64,000 bases of DNA from Eledone cirrhosa (lineage: Eukaryota): contig OZ024746.1 of assembly GCA_964016885.1 (NCBI GenBank), positions 41,664,001-41,728,000 of the forward strand, in the 5' to 3' direction. The translations under genes were made by a program, and so were the position numbers. How positions within the stretch are numbered: the stretch's first letter is position 1; each line of letters opens with the position of its first letter. Under the pieces are notes generated by a model that had not been told where the DNA came from, ran no database searches, and saw nothing but the letters and a program-made list of their open reading frames with translations. Shown here piece by piece: positions 13,871 through 27,447 of this stretch.

Positions 13871-16163
13871 AAGAAAAAGGGAGAAGAAGGTGAGGAGGAG
13901 AAGAAGGAGAAGAAGGAGGAGAAGTAGGGGGAAGAGGAGAAGGAGGAGATAAAAATAATGAAAATTAGGACATTCTCATCAGTTTTATATACATAATTAC
14001 ATGCTAGATTAAGTAGTATGAGACTATCGAGGAAGAATTCTATAGTAAAGTATGAATTCCAGAGTAAAGTATGAAACTTTGCATGTCAAACCACTGAACA
14101 GTATAAACAAATATCATTGCCTGCATTTGTTATATCAAATGGAAAGAGACAAACAAATAAGCACACACACACATACACACACACACATGTATATGTAGAA
14201 TTGTGAAACTTCTAAATTACTGCCACTTTTCTACTAAAAAAAAAGGCAATATACAATCTACTTGCATGTATTGAATGCTCATTCATTTAATGTTTTAAGT
14301 ACTATAATATGTTAAACACTCATTTTAGTACACTTTGTATGGTTATAGGGCTGGCACCACAACAAATGCACCCAGTCCATCCACTAAAACAGTTATGCTG
14401 GAGAAACAACAAAACTTTTGCTAAATTCTAAATACTTTCTTACAATGTAATTATTAAAATTGTGTAACTTGTAAAGTTTGTTCTAAATGCAGAAGCCATA
14501 CATTTTCTACTTTTTTTTCTATTTGCTCTTCTAAAACTGCTTGATAACTATTTTAGTAAATCATAAAGTAATCGTTGCTGCTGTGAAACTGATATAAACA
14601 GCCATTTTTGTAAAGTTTAAAAGAAGGTTCATGTTAATAAAACATAAAATCTCTGCTATCATAATAAAATCTTGAGTAGTTACAATGTTAGTAAAACACA
14701 AAGCTACAGCCATTTTTGTTACAACCTTGAATGGCAGCTATCTTCATAAAATTTCGAATTAGCATCTTTGTAAAACCTTCAATGACAGAAATTTTACTGA
14801 AACATACACTGGCAGTTATTTTAGTGAAATTTAAAATGACAGCCATTTATTTATAGAGGAGGAAACAATTATCTAATAATGTGGGTTTATAATTGACTCA
14901 CATGAAGACAAAAATATTTTCAGTGAAGTAATAAATTGGATAAATAAGCTGATCATTAGGCAATAGATTTAAAGAAAAACCAAAATATTTGTAATATTTT
15001 TCATATTAACTCACAAATAATGATTTTGCATTCAATCAAATGAAAAAAATAAAACGTTTTTTTTAAATTTCATTGTATGCAAAATAAAAATAACAGCTTT
15101 TCATAATTTCATTCTTAGTAATGGAAATGAGCTCAGCTTGTGAGTAATAAAATGTTTCCATTCTGTAGCACAATATTACCCATAGTTTCAAGGGGACCAT
15201 ATTGAACAGCTCTCTAAATTTCTATGAATAGAAATTTGAAGAAAGCAGCAAAGAGAAGATTTAAAGAAAGGAAAAAAATGAATCTTAAAACATGGAAATG
15301 GTTTATATTTGCATTTAGACTAACTATATAAAAACGGTAAATAAAAAGACCAAAAGTCTATATACTGTTTAGACCTCAAAATCCGTTTGTATTAAAATTT
15401 CCCTTACATGGTTATATGCACAAACAATTCCACCATAAATGTAATTTTGGATCTTTTTTTTTTTTATAGCTGTCAACAAGGAACCAAGATAACTATCATA
15501 TTGAAGCAGCTAAATACAAAACTGTAAAAACAGAAAACATGCATTGGATAAAACTTTCTACAGATGGCTTTAGTAATGTGAAAATAAATATTTTGCTCCT
15601 GATATAGTCTATTGTTTGTTAGGATAGAATTAGGAAAGAGAACACTATGTAAAGTTTATTTCTTATAATGGCAGAATATCTAGATGGAAAGTAGTTTAGC
15701 TTGACTGTGTGAACAATAATTTTGAATTCAAAGTTATCTAGGCTGATTTCCTTTCTTTTGTGATGTTGATACAAAGACATACTATACATGTAGCCAAGTT
15801 AGGCAGTACTTACACAAACATAAACTATAAATATAAATGATCAAATATAAATGGTAAATTTCATATATATATATATGTATGTGTGTGTGTGTGTGTGTTA
15901 ATGTACTGTTGCCACAGTGCAGATAACAATAATAGATGTGATAATTATAAATAATAGTTGAATATAAATCATGCATAGATATATATGTATATATATAGAG
16001 CGAGAGAGGGGGTGGAGAGGTATGTGTGTATCTATGTGTGTATATGCATTACATATATATATATATATATATATATATGCAAAAGTTCTATTTAAATTGT
16101 TGGGATACAACAAGCAAATATTTTTATAACTGATATAAAGCACTCGACAAGTATTTGGAGTAA

Positions 16164-16531
16164 ATATACGATATTAACAAATGGAAACTATATTTATAAA
16201 ACCATATTTATTTCATTATACATATTTCAAGGATACCATGTTAAATTATGGTATGCCTTCATCAGTCAAAATACAATATATACCAGTTTTATAAATAAAC
16301 ATTGACGTACCCTTTCAAAATGCAACCATTACTTTTGGAAGACATCATGATGTCTTCCAAAAGTAACGGTTGCATTTTGAAAGGGTACGTCAATGTTTAT
16401 TTATAAAACTGGTATATATTGTATTTTGACTGATGAAGGCATACCATAATTTAACATGGTATCCTTGAAATATGTATAATGAAATAAATATGGTTTTATA
16501 AATATAGTTTCCATTTGTTAATATCGTATAT
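16164..16531. repeat. 368-bp spacerless palindrome (184-bp arms, one mismatch)
   Basis: Centre gacatca|tgatgtc at 16347/16348. Arms are complementary out to 16164/16531. The only mismatch I found is A16328 opposite C16367. Confidence 0.97.
16415..16492 (+). ncRNA. Type I hammerhead-ribozyme-like motif (mirror copy on the minus strand at 16203-16280)
   Basis: CUGAUGA 16430-16436, stem II including AUACCAU/AUGGUAU, GAAA 16467-16470, minimal stem III UAUG and GUA triplet 16474-16476. Proximal stem I is only 1 bp, with distal pairing of 16415-16427 to 16481-16492. Confidence 0.55.
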
Positions 16532-16654
16532 ATATATATATATTTTTATTAAAGGTCTAGTCCTCCGAAAGTATAAATTTATTTTGGACTCACTGAATCC
16601 CAAATCATTGTATAATCATTTATTTATAACGTTACTGAAATTGCATAATATTTA

Positions 16655-16772
16655 ATAATTGTTTCTACGTTAGGCACAATGCCAGCAATTACCCAGTGTA
16701 TTACTGATACTTTATTTTATCGACCCTGTAAGGATGAAAGGCAAAGTTAACCTTGGCGGGATTTGAACTCAA
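16655..16772 (-). mobile_element. Meta-domain-like SINE, 5'-truncated
   Basis: tttattttatcgaccctgtaaggatgaaaggcaaagttaaccttggcgggatttgaactc. Confidence 0.85.
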
Positions 16773-19380
16773 TGCTTTGTTATATGTAATATTACTCCTC
16801 TTTAACTAAATTGGAATAAAATATGCATTAATGTGGTCATGTTGGTGACATGAGAGGAAGCACCCATCCCACAAAGTATAAAAAGACAACACTATTAAGT
16901 GATGATTGAAAAGACTATTTGTATCAGGTCAGTTTAATATTGTTATGATACCTTACAGAAAGATGTTTATAAGAAAATGATAGAAAAACAAATACTGTTT
17001 TTCTAAATAGTAATACTTTGACAATGTGTAAGTGGAATTACTTGTTAGACTTTTTTTCTCGTGTAACAAATAAATGGCAATAGTTATCAAATGATTGACA
17101 AACAAAATAATTATTAAGAAAGAGGATCTATTTATAATTTACACATACATTTGATTTTTGTTAGCAAAGAAATATTTCCTATAATTTTTTCTTTATAATT
17201 AACCTAGGTGTGTAGCATCATTAGTGAAAGTTCTTATGCTTTTGGTATTTTTTTGTTAATATAATTTGTGTCATTAGAAAATATATTTTTTTCTGCTTTC
17301 ATTCCATTTACTGCTGATTTAAATGGCAAACATTCCTTATTAACTGCATCAGTAAATACTATCAATATCAGATAAAATAAACAAGGTTTTTGATTTTATT
17401 TTTATAACTACTTTGGACTTTTCCATCTAAACAACATAGTTCGCTTTTAGCTAGAGTGACAATTTACAAGTCATGTATTCAGGAAATAGGTGAAATAAAT
17501 AAATAAATATATAAAACGATAAAAACAAATATAATGAAACATAATCAGCAAAATCAACAAACAGTAGCAACAACATTGAAACTATTTAAATTACATGCAG
17601 ATCCAATTCTGCTTCTACGACAATCTGAAATAACTAATTTAAAATTTCTTTCACAATGATTCCAAAGAGCTTAATCCCAAGAGTGTAAGAGCTGACATTA
17701 AGACACTTTCTATATATGGAACTGAACAAAGATTGTGAGGATTTAGTTAGCTTCAAGCTATAAAGACTGAACAAATTAAAACATTAGAGATGAAACAATT
17801 AGAAATACTAACTCGATACAAGATGTCAGTTCATATTACTTCTGTTGTATTGTTAGAGTGTCTACTTGAATTGGGAAATTGAAGATGTGTTTAAACATTA
17901 CATAGATTGACGAAACTCCCTGTGGATATTTCAATGTATAATTGGACAGATCTCTCAGTCAGTAAATGATGTGCTTGTTATTTCAATCTACCCCAATTCA
18001 AAATTGAAAGGTTGTTAATTTCTAATTCCAAACTCTCCTTCTTGTATCTATTAGTAAAGTTTCTTGTTAAAGTTTTATAATTTTAAGAAAATGTAATATT
18101 TGAATTTCTTTCGCTTTAAATATATTTCATTATTAGAACTCCTAAATATGGTGAATAGGCAGAATAATTAGTGTTGGTGATCTACATGATAAATGCACCC
18201 AGTACATGTTATATATTGGTTGGTGATATGAAAGGCATCCAGTTGTAGAAAGATTGACAACGAAAAAATTGGAAGTACTCTTCATCTGTATCAAAGACAT
18301 GACAATCTCCCTTGTGTTGGTGATCTAAATAAATCCACCCATTACATCAAAAACATAACCTCCCTAGTGTTTGCATCATGATAAAATGCATGTGATAGAG
18401 CAGAGGATAGTATATTAGATGCAGATGACTGGTGAATCTCAGGGGTCTGTAGCCCCACTTGGTAAATGAAAACCCATGCAACTCTTGCTAGCAGTAAAAA
18501 TGAATATTAAATGATGATGATGATGATGATGATTGATTATACAAAATGCCTTGTGGCATATTTTCCAGATCAACTTCCTGAGTCCATGAAATATAACACC
18601 AGCCAAGTACTGTAGTCAATCATCCCAGCCCCATGTTTGTAGTCAAGCACCTATTTTAGAAACCATTATATATAATTCAAAATTATCCTTTTACATCTGT
18701 CAGCAAATTATAACAACAAAAAGGATTCTTCACTCATCGGAGTATACACATGATTTCAATGAGGATTACACCAACTGTTGCTTTTTTTATGATTGCATAT
18801 GAAAAGCAAGATTATTTTTTTATATCAGGTAAGTCTTCCCCATAGTCTCATAAATAAAGCTTTTTGCAGGTAATTTGCAAATTGAAAGGTTAGTAGTATG
18901 TGGGAGAGAAGAGGATATCTATGGATCATCAGAATGAAGGAGTATTCAGATTGTTTGATACAGAATTTAGAGGTAGAAACAAATTATATACCCAGAAAAA
19001 TTGGGTTTCCTCATAAGTAGCATGAAGTAAGTATAATTGCCATGAAAGAGGAAGATGAAGGGATACAGGTTTTCAGTAAAATATTCTTTATTGATAAGGT
19101 GGGCAAAGAATCATTTTCATTTTGTTCAGAAATATTAGTGATCCTTGTTGTATGGCATATAGAATTATGCAGCTTAGACATGTCTTGAATCATAACATTT
19201 CTTGATTTCTAAGGAAGGCAAAAATATGTCTCCTTGTGGTATTGTTTTTTAAATTAGTTTGTCAGGAATGAAGGAAAGCACTCATGATCTTTGGAAGTAC
19301 TCCAAAAACTGGTTAGATTGACACAATAGATGCTTAATTTAAACTTCTCTTGTCTGATAACTGCAAGAGAAACATGAGCG

Positions 19381-19571
19381 AGAGATGTCAAGAGGATGAG
19401 AGGTGGTATGTTGAATTAGCTTAGGTAGAAGAGGTATGTAGCTATATAATTTAAAGGACTAGGTGTTCCATGCTGTATCTAGCAGGCAAGATGCAATAGA
19501 GATGACAAGAGGATGAGAAGTGTGTTGAGTTAGCTTAGGGGAAGAGTTATGCAGCTATATATTTTAAAGGA
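19381..19571. repeat. Diverged direct duplication of about 75 bp
   Basis: agagatg.caagaggatgaga...ttagcttagg..gaagag.tatg.agctatat..tttaaagga starts at about 19381 and again at about 19498. Confidence 0.8.
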
Positions 19572-20050
19572 ACAGAAGCCTTTGTAGTAGCAGTAGAACA
19601 GAGAGAAAAGAGCAAGTAGCTACTGCAATTTGTTCACTAAAATAAGTGACATGTTTGTGTTTAAACTATACTGGATTGTCAGACAACCATTAGAGGAGAG
19701 AATGATGGTTGTTATTGAGGAAAAATAGTAAATGCCTGGTGGAAGAGGCTAACACTAGCAACAGACAGAACACTGGGTTTATAGAACTTACAAAATGCAT
19801 GAATGTATCATCTTGTCAATGTTTTTACTTCCACTAATGCTAATGTGCTCTATTATCCATGAAACTACCATTTCTATGTTTGAAATGCTGTTCATAATAA
19901 TAGATACTCAACAGAAGAAATAAAATCTTTGTTTGAAAAAAATGATGCTTCAGATTGCATACCTTAATGGGAAAGCTATAGCAATTTGTGGGTTTAGCCT
20001 GCAGTCTTGTCATTATTCTATATTGTTATTATTATTCTATATTGCTATAA

Positions 20051-20240
20051 GGGCGGTGGATTGGCAGTATCGGTAGAGGATCGGACGCCATGCTTTGATG
20101 CATAGAGTTATGGCCCTTGCCATTCTGAGTTCAAATCCTGCCGAGGTTAATTTTGCCTTTCATCCTTATGGGGTTGATAAAATAAAGTACCAGTAATACA
20201 CTGGGTAATTGCTGGCCTTGTGCCAAAAGTAGAAACAATT
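20051..20240 (+). mobile_element. Full-length short-form Meta-domain-like tRNA SINE with TSD
   Basis: A-box-like tggcagtatcgg, B box gagttcaaatcc and central gcctttcatccttatggggttgataaaataaagtacc. Flanked by attattctatattg(c/t)tat direct repeats. Confidence 0.9.
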
Positions 20241-21120
20241 ATTCTATATTGTTATTGATGATTTCAAGAAATTATATGGCATTTGGTGGCATGGCACTTA
20301 TAAATGGCATTTTAAAAATATAATTTAAAAATAAACGATAATAAAACAAACATATAGATGTTGTTCCTTTATCATCGTTATCATCATCATCATCATTCAA
20401 CTTCATTGCCTTTGCATTATTGCCTTCTAAATACCTTGTTGACAAGAATAAAGCTAATGATGATGATGAAGATGATAATGATGATGATGATGATGACACC
20501 ACCACTGTTGCTGATGATGATTACAATGATAATTCTGATAAGGTAGTGATGGTGGTGGTGGTGGCTGTTGTAGTGATGGGGACAGTGATGGTGAGGATTC
20601 TTAGGACTGATGTTTCTGATGATAGTAGTGGATTTTTGTCAGTTATAATGCGATGGTTTTATAGGCTTTTAAAAGTTAACAACTTCTAAGAAACATTATT
20701 ATTATTATTATCATCATAATTTTGTTGTTTTGTTTCATTTTCTTTTCTTTAAAGAATTTAATTGTTTGTAGCAATATTGGTTAATTCCAGTTTAGAAGCC
20801 ATTAGTTTATAATTTCAGACAGAGCTATTTTTATTTCATATGATTATGTCTGCTTTCTTTCATATGGGAATTATTATAATATAAAAAAAAGAATATTTAA
20901 AAATAGTAATAACAAAAATAGAGATGAAAAATAAATAAAATAAATAAAATAAATAAAATAAAAAAAATAAAATAAAATTTCAAAAACCTGTGATGGTTCC
21001 AGAAGCTAATTGATATGGTAATTATTGTAGCAATTGCCTTTCTGTTCCGAATCAAATAATATTAAGCTGTTTTAAACATGTGGCCTTCATTGCACCATTC
21101 TCAATTTTTATCTTGCAAAA

Positions 21121-21400
21121 ACTTACTCTTAGCCTGTCACATGGTTTTTGTGAAACAGTTGATACAGTACAAATCTATATATATATTCATGTCAGCAGCA
21201 TACATTATTATAATACCCAAGTTTCATAAATGATGTGCATATATACATACACACACAAACTTATACTTAGCCTGTCATGTTTTATAGTGAAACAGTTAAC
21301 ATGGTACAAACCTGTATATACATTCACATCAACAGCATACATTATCATAATACCCAAATTTCACAAATGACGTGCACTTACACACATGTACACGTACACA
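21121..21400. repeat. Tandem duplication of about 138 bp (2 diverged copies)
   Basis: cttagcctgtca...gtgaaacagtt...cagcatacattat.ataatacccaa starts at about 21128 and again at about 21266. Confidence 0.8.
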
Positions 21401-21747
21401 CACAAACATACACATACACACACACAGTGAGGCTTAAACACATCAGAAGGAATGATTAATTGTCCATTAATTATTGACTGATTTGAGAAATTCCAACAGT
21501 AACTCATGCTAATATTTGGACTATCTATTACACCTCTAAACTAGCCTGGACATCAGCTCACCACGCCCCCTCAATCAGTGAAACATGAAAGTCAAATACT
21601 CTTTGTTTTCAATAAAATCATGGCAGACAGAAAAGAGGGCTGGAATGAAATTTGCATAAATTCAAAAAAAAAAATGATTTATTGGAAAACTTCTTTATAA
21701 TTATTGAAGAGAAGGATTTCTGTCTTCCCATTCTTCAATCTTCTTCA

Positions 21748-21763
21748 AACAACAACAACGATG

Positions 21764-21797
<34 letters not shown>

Positions 21798-21821
21798 CAG
21801 CAACAACAACAACAACAACAG

Positions 21822-21904
<83 letters not shown>

Positions 21905-21975
21905 CTAACACTTATTTTTATTATTATTATCATCATTATTATTATCATCATCATCATCACCATCGTTATTATTAA
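21748..21975. repeat. Compound trinucleotide microsatellite (AAC/AGC/AAC/AAT then ATT/ATC)
   Basis: Directly visible. It generates the homopolymeric ORFs in the track. Confidence 0.95.
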
Positions 21976-24460
21976 TCAATATTTTCCAAATATATTTCTG
22001 TGCCAGCAAAATTGAAAACCAATATGAAATCACAGTTACTTTGAAAATCAATAGAGATTCCTTTTGGCTAAGTATGTTTTTTTTGTTTTATTTTTTTTTT
22101 ACAAAAGAGAGTAATAGTAGATTGAATTTGATTTGGTGTATTACTGGTACATATTTTTGTTGACCAAAATAGATATATATCAACTTAGACACAATAATGT
22201 ATCTAGCTTGTTGTTCTACATTCTTGACTACCTGCTATGCTTTTTCATGAAACCAATAATAACAATAATTTCTCTATTAGCCATGCAAGGATCACATTAA
22301 GGAAACATTAAAGACGGCACAGGATGATACAGTGTGAGGATTTCTTTGTGTAAAATAATATAACCTCTAAAACAAAGCTTGCTTGTTGCTCAGGAGATCA
22401 AACCTTTAGTATAACGATTTTACTGTGTCCTAGAGTAAGGCAGATCACTTTGCTTTTGTTTTGTTTAACAGAAGAGAAGTTCTACTTGAGTAGCTAATTA
22501 TTTTTACAACATCCAACTGCCAAACAACAACAAAAAAGAAACAAAATATATGCTCTAACATATTGTAAATATTCAAAGATGCAGAAATCATCTCACATAC
22601 TAACATGGAAAAATGTAGAACAGTAAAATAAAAATTGCTACCAATGGACAATCATTTAAAGTTAGACAAAGTAAACTCAGACTATCATGCATTATCATGA
22701 ATGGTATTTAAGTTTTTGAGTTCCAGTATTGATTTTAAAGCAAAGCCTAAGTAAATAGTTAATGTATTCAAGATGTATTAAACATGAGAATTCTAATATT
22801 CACAAGGAACTCATAAATTGCTCTCTGACTACAGAAGAATTTAATAATAATTGATAAAGATTTTATGTTATTTAAAGAAATACTTAAGACTCTATATCAA
22901 AGAGAAGACAGTTTCCTTTGAAATAGGAGATTCAATATTAGTGTTTTCAATAAATATGTGATTTAAAGAAGTATCCAATGTTATTCAAAGAGCGGTCAAG
23001 TTGATATAAAGCTAAATACATACACAATAATTGATATTTGCTGGGAGAAAATTTAGAGTTTGGTTTTATGGTTCAAATCCCACTTGGATTGACTTTTCTT
23101 TCCATTGCACTGGGACCATTATATTTCTTTTATCATGTCACAGACAAAGTAGTTGATAAAGTCAAGACTTATTCCTAGATTATTTTGTATTGAGAAGAGT
23201 AATGGTTTAATCTTTATCTGAATAAGATGCTGTGCTGGTCTGTCTCAAGTAAGTTTTACTGAATAACTTTGTGCCTAGTTTATCACGGAGGCATATAGAA
23301 TTCATAATCATTACATAAGATATAATATTCAATATATCACCTCATTTTCAAACTTCTATTTATATCCACATTTCTTACAGAGTAATGCTCTACATCACAT
23401 AACATACATGAATTAAAAGAAAATATCAAATCCTTATGAATATACTTAAACCCTCTATAATGTTACACTTCTATTCAAGAAGGGTCTATATATATATATG
23501 TACGATAAGTTTAACCCATTATCGTCTTTTGAAACACTATCGATACAACTAACCCTTCTAGCTATAAACTAACAGTTCTGTGTCTTTCCAACAGATAGTA
23601 AGAAACAGCAAGTTCACCTTTCTCTCCTTCATCAAAACTTCCAGACATATCAAAGGAGAATAGTATGTTAATTAGATGGAACATGCCATGACTATCACAC
23701 TGTAACAAAAATAGAGAGAACAGGCAAGAGAAACAGAGATGGTAAGTAAGCAGGTTAAAAGGGGAGAGTGTGCTTAAGCATAAGAGTTAAAATGTGTATG
23801 TGATTGTATGTGTGTGTGTGATTCAATAAATGTTAGTGATTACATGTAAGTACAGATGCTTGAGAAAATGAAATTGTGTATATGAATCAATTCTGGGTAT
23901 TGTATGGTTGTGAGTGTAGTATGTCTTTGTATGAGAACTGTGTGTATGTGCATAGCATGCATGTATGAGTAATGTATGACTAGAAAATAGGTGAAAATAA
24001 TGTGTGTTTGTAGTGGATATGCACTGCAAATACTAATAGTGTGTGTGCATCAATAATATGTGTGTGTTTGTGAGTAATATAATTGGTGAACTGGTGGATG
24101 GGTGGATAGAAATAGTTGATGGGGACAGTGAGTTTTATTGACTCGTGCTCTCTCTCCCTCTCTTTCTCCCCCTCTTCCTCTCTAACTTTCTTTCTGTCAT
24201 TATCTATTATGTTTGTGAGTACAAGAAATTTGAGCTGACAGGAGTAAAATGGGGAAAGTTTCATGAGAATTACCACAGTTTTCTTCTTAACAGTGATGAT
24301 CACTGTTAATCTCTATCCATAAATCATGCTTGATACTAATGCAATAAAGGGCTTTCTCGATTAGTCATATTTGTTTATACATAAATTTGAAAAATTGCAC
24401 TCAATTTCTCCTTTGTATTGTCTTAAAATACTGTGAAATCAATGGTGAAATTTCCCTTAT

Positions 24461-24580
24461 TTCTGAGTTCAAATCCCGCCGAGGTTGACTTTGCCTTTCA
24501 TCCTTACGGGGTCGATAAAATAAAGTACCAGTAATGCACTGGGTAATTGCTGGCCTTGTGCCTAAAGTAGAAACAATTAT
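24461..24580 (+). mobile_element. Meta-domain-like SINE, 5'-truncated
   Basis: ttctgagttcaaatcccgccgaggttgactttgcctttcatccttacggggtcgataaaataaagtaccagt with CpGs retained. Confidence 0.9.
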
Positions 24581-26092
24581 TTGCTACAGGAACATGTAGG
24601 AACATGTCCCTGCTGCCTGATTTGACTTTGACAATGTAAATTTTAACTTATCTTTAATTTTGTCAGTGGAAATAAAATATTTTCAGTTTTGCCTTGCAAG
24701 TTGGCATTTATATCATTTAAATGTTCAAAGATATCCAGTAAGATAATTTTACAGATCAAGTGTCATCTGCAAGCCATTCATAAAGCTGTTCATAGATAAA
24801 CAAATAAAATAACAAAAAGTTGAACAAATAAAATAACAAAAGGATAAATAAATAGAATAACAAAAAGATAAACAAACAAAATAATAAGATAAACAAATAT
24901 ACAACTTATCTTTTAGTTTGTACTCTCACGTCAATGTTTTGTAAATGAAATATCCATGATAAATTGCTTGAATTTTCAATAGACCATCTGTTGATGTCTT
25001 GTTTGTTTGCAAATTCTGTGGGTTAGGATAATAATGATAAATGAATTACTGTTGACATTTGAAAGCTTTTAACTATTGAATTTAAAAGACAACAATGTTT
25101 CAATGGATTTTATTTACTATCAGGAAAATAAAATAGAAAAACCATACAGTTTATATCATTTATAAAACTTATCTCTGGTGATCAAATTTAGTTTGATTTT
25201 TATCAATGTTAAATGTGAACTAAGTTTGTAAACATGACCATATATTTCACACTTAGGTTGTATTCCTCACATTTTAAGTTGCTGCAGTATTTCAGTTCAA
25301 AATGTACTGTTTTTTTATATAAATCTTTTATTGTGGTACCATATTTTCCTCCTACTTAATTTAATGAATGTATTTCTACCAAACTGCCTGAAATGTATCC
25401 TGGTTTTACAACAGAAAACTGTTTGTTTTAAAGTGTTTATATAATATTTATCTGAAAACAACATTTCATCATGATTTTATGTAAAAACCATTTTCAAATT
25501 ATGTTCCAAATGTTATATTATTAAATCTTCCTATTAAAAAATATATATTTTGAAAATTATTTGAAAATTAGAGGCAGTGATTTTATTAGATGAATGGTAA
25601 CGGATGGGTTTAAGGAACACTATTCCTCTCACAAACTATCTACTCTCTTAATAGTTTCTAATTTAGGCATAAGGCTAAGAATTTGTGGGGTGGGGAAAGT
25701 CAATACCATCTATTGATCTCAGAAGGATGAAAGGCAAATCTTACCTGAGTGATATTTGAACTCAGAACATAAAGCTACATAACTAAATGCGGCAAAGTAT
25801 TTTGTCTAATGCTCTAAAAATTCTGCCAAACCACTGCCCTTACCATCTTTAAAAAACTGGTCATAATGGCCTAAATCTTGGAACAGCAATTTTTACAACA
25901 AAATGGAAGATGGGTTGGACTGTGTTGAAACACAAAATCTAAATTGAAGCTAATGTTAGACAACTTGTGCCTGCATTTGTAAGCAATTTGATTTGTAAAT
26001 TTCATTCATTTTAAAGGTTTACCTTAATGAAATATGTCAGTTCAAAGCAAGATGGTTAGCACAAGTCAACAATTACAACTACAGCAATTTAA

Positions 26093-26302
26093 TCCTTTAG
26101 CATTTAAACCGGTTGTATCTGGCCAGAATTTTCTCACCACTTACTGTTCAATCTGTGAAATCATACTGATGTTAAGGTATTCTTCTCAAATACATAACAT
26201 CAAAATCTCATACATTCAATATTATGTGAGATAATTATGTAAGATAAAGCCTTTACCACAAAAATACAATAGTATATATAGAGTAATGTAAATGCTAAAG
26301 TA
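26093..26302 (+). mobile_element. piggyBac-type MITE, older copy
   Basis: TTAA then tcctttagcatt ... aatgctaaag. The body is homologous to 36077-36294 and 35068-35288. Confidence 0.75.
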
Positions 26303-26654
26303 TTCAGTATAGTGTAAAATGATTCAATGTAGTGCTGTAACAAAGTATCATCTCTATGTCTGTCTGTGTGTGTGTTGGATTTTTATGCATTTCCACATTT
26401 CTCTACCGATTTTGATGATTTTTTTTCCAATGTGCTCCAAATTTACCAATGATAGTCAATGCGTAATAAACTTTGCCAAAACTTTCCTGCTTCTATGAAA
26501 AAAATCGATAAAACTAAATACATACTGTAACCCTCTCTCTTATACACTTATTGACTCTCTCTACTACCCAATGGCGACAAAACTTCGTTCAGGAACGCAA
26601 CATAAACTTTGAAAACTAAGCAACACATCATTTTATACAACAACATAGTCATAA

Positions 26655-26975
26655 CACTCTCTCCGTTGCTCTTCCCTCTCTCTATAATAGATCATTCCCC
26701 CTCTCTATAATTTAACTGCTTTACTCTCTTCATGCTTTGAGGTTTAACACACTTTCCTATAGTTTCTTAGCTTTACTCTCTCCGTCGCTCTTCCCTCTCT
26801 CTATAATAGATTATTCCCCCTCTCTATAACTTAACTGCTTTACTCTCTCTGTTGCTCTTCACTCTCTATATGACAACACTGTTTTACACACCTCCCTATA
26901 GTTTCTTAGCTTTACTCTCTCCATCGCTCTTCCCTCTCCATAATAGATTATTCCCCCTCTCTATAATTTAATTGC
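26655..26975. repeat. Pyrimidine-rich minisatellite inside the Helitron (about 2.5-3 units)
   Basis: actctctcc(g/a)t(t/c)gctcttccctctc...tataatagat(c/t)attccccctctctataa recurs three times. Confidence 0.9.
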
Positions 26976-27241
26976 TGGGGGAGTCATTGGAGTTCTGTAT
27001 TGACATGGCTTTTCTGGGGTATTTTAAATTGGCTTATTGCAAATAACAACCCGCAAAATAACACTTCATATAACAGATTAATGCTATAAACATATGAATC
27101 GGAATGTTTAAATTATTTATTTTTTATGACTTTCATTGGTTAAATATTAATATGACAACACCCATAGTGTTGTACTTCTGGCAATTCTGCCGAATACACT
27201 GCCAACGATGAACCTTTTCCCCTCGGTGTCAGATATCCTGT

Positions 27242-27447
27242 CGATTTCCGGTGAGACCATGTTTTGCCATGTCCATTAACAAGTGACAAGGGCAAACCTT
27301 GTCAGTGGCGGGCATCCATTTGGGGGAGCCATGCTTCTCCCATGGCCAACTTTATGTTGCCTGTTCCCGCGAGGGAGCAGGAATGGACTTTTTGCTTACA
27401 CTCCTCAAGGGATGACACGCAATAACGTCTACAAAGAGGTGCTATAG
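27242..27447 (+). pseudogene. C-terminal fragment of Helitron RepHel (Pif1-like helicase motifs V-VI)
   Basis: [42 protein letters not shown], then after a frameshift GLFAYTPQGMTRNNVYKEVL*. Matches the FAMTINKSQGQ / [9 protein letters not shown].SR / NIVYKEVL consensus. Confidence 0.92.

Noticed and set aside
18840-19370. LINE RT remnant on the minus strand
   Set aside because: Only a weak resemblance to the YRPI.LTS motif, too decayed to support a call.
21652-22015. Poly-N/T/I/V ORFs as real proteins
   Set aside because: These are stop-free frames produced by a compound trinucleotide microsatellite. The same applies to ORFs at 656-880, 10744-11002, 20272-20689, 29030-29378, 41696-42696 and 62502-62814.
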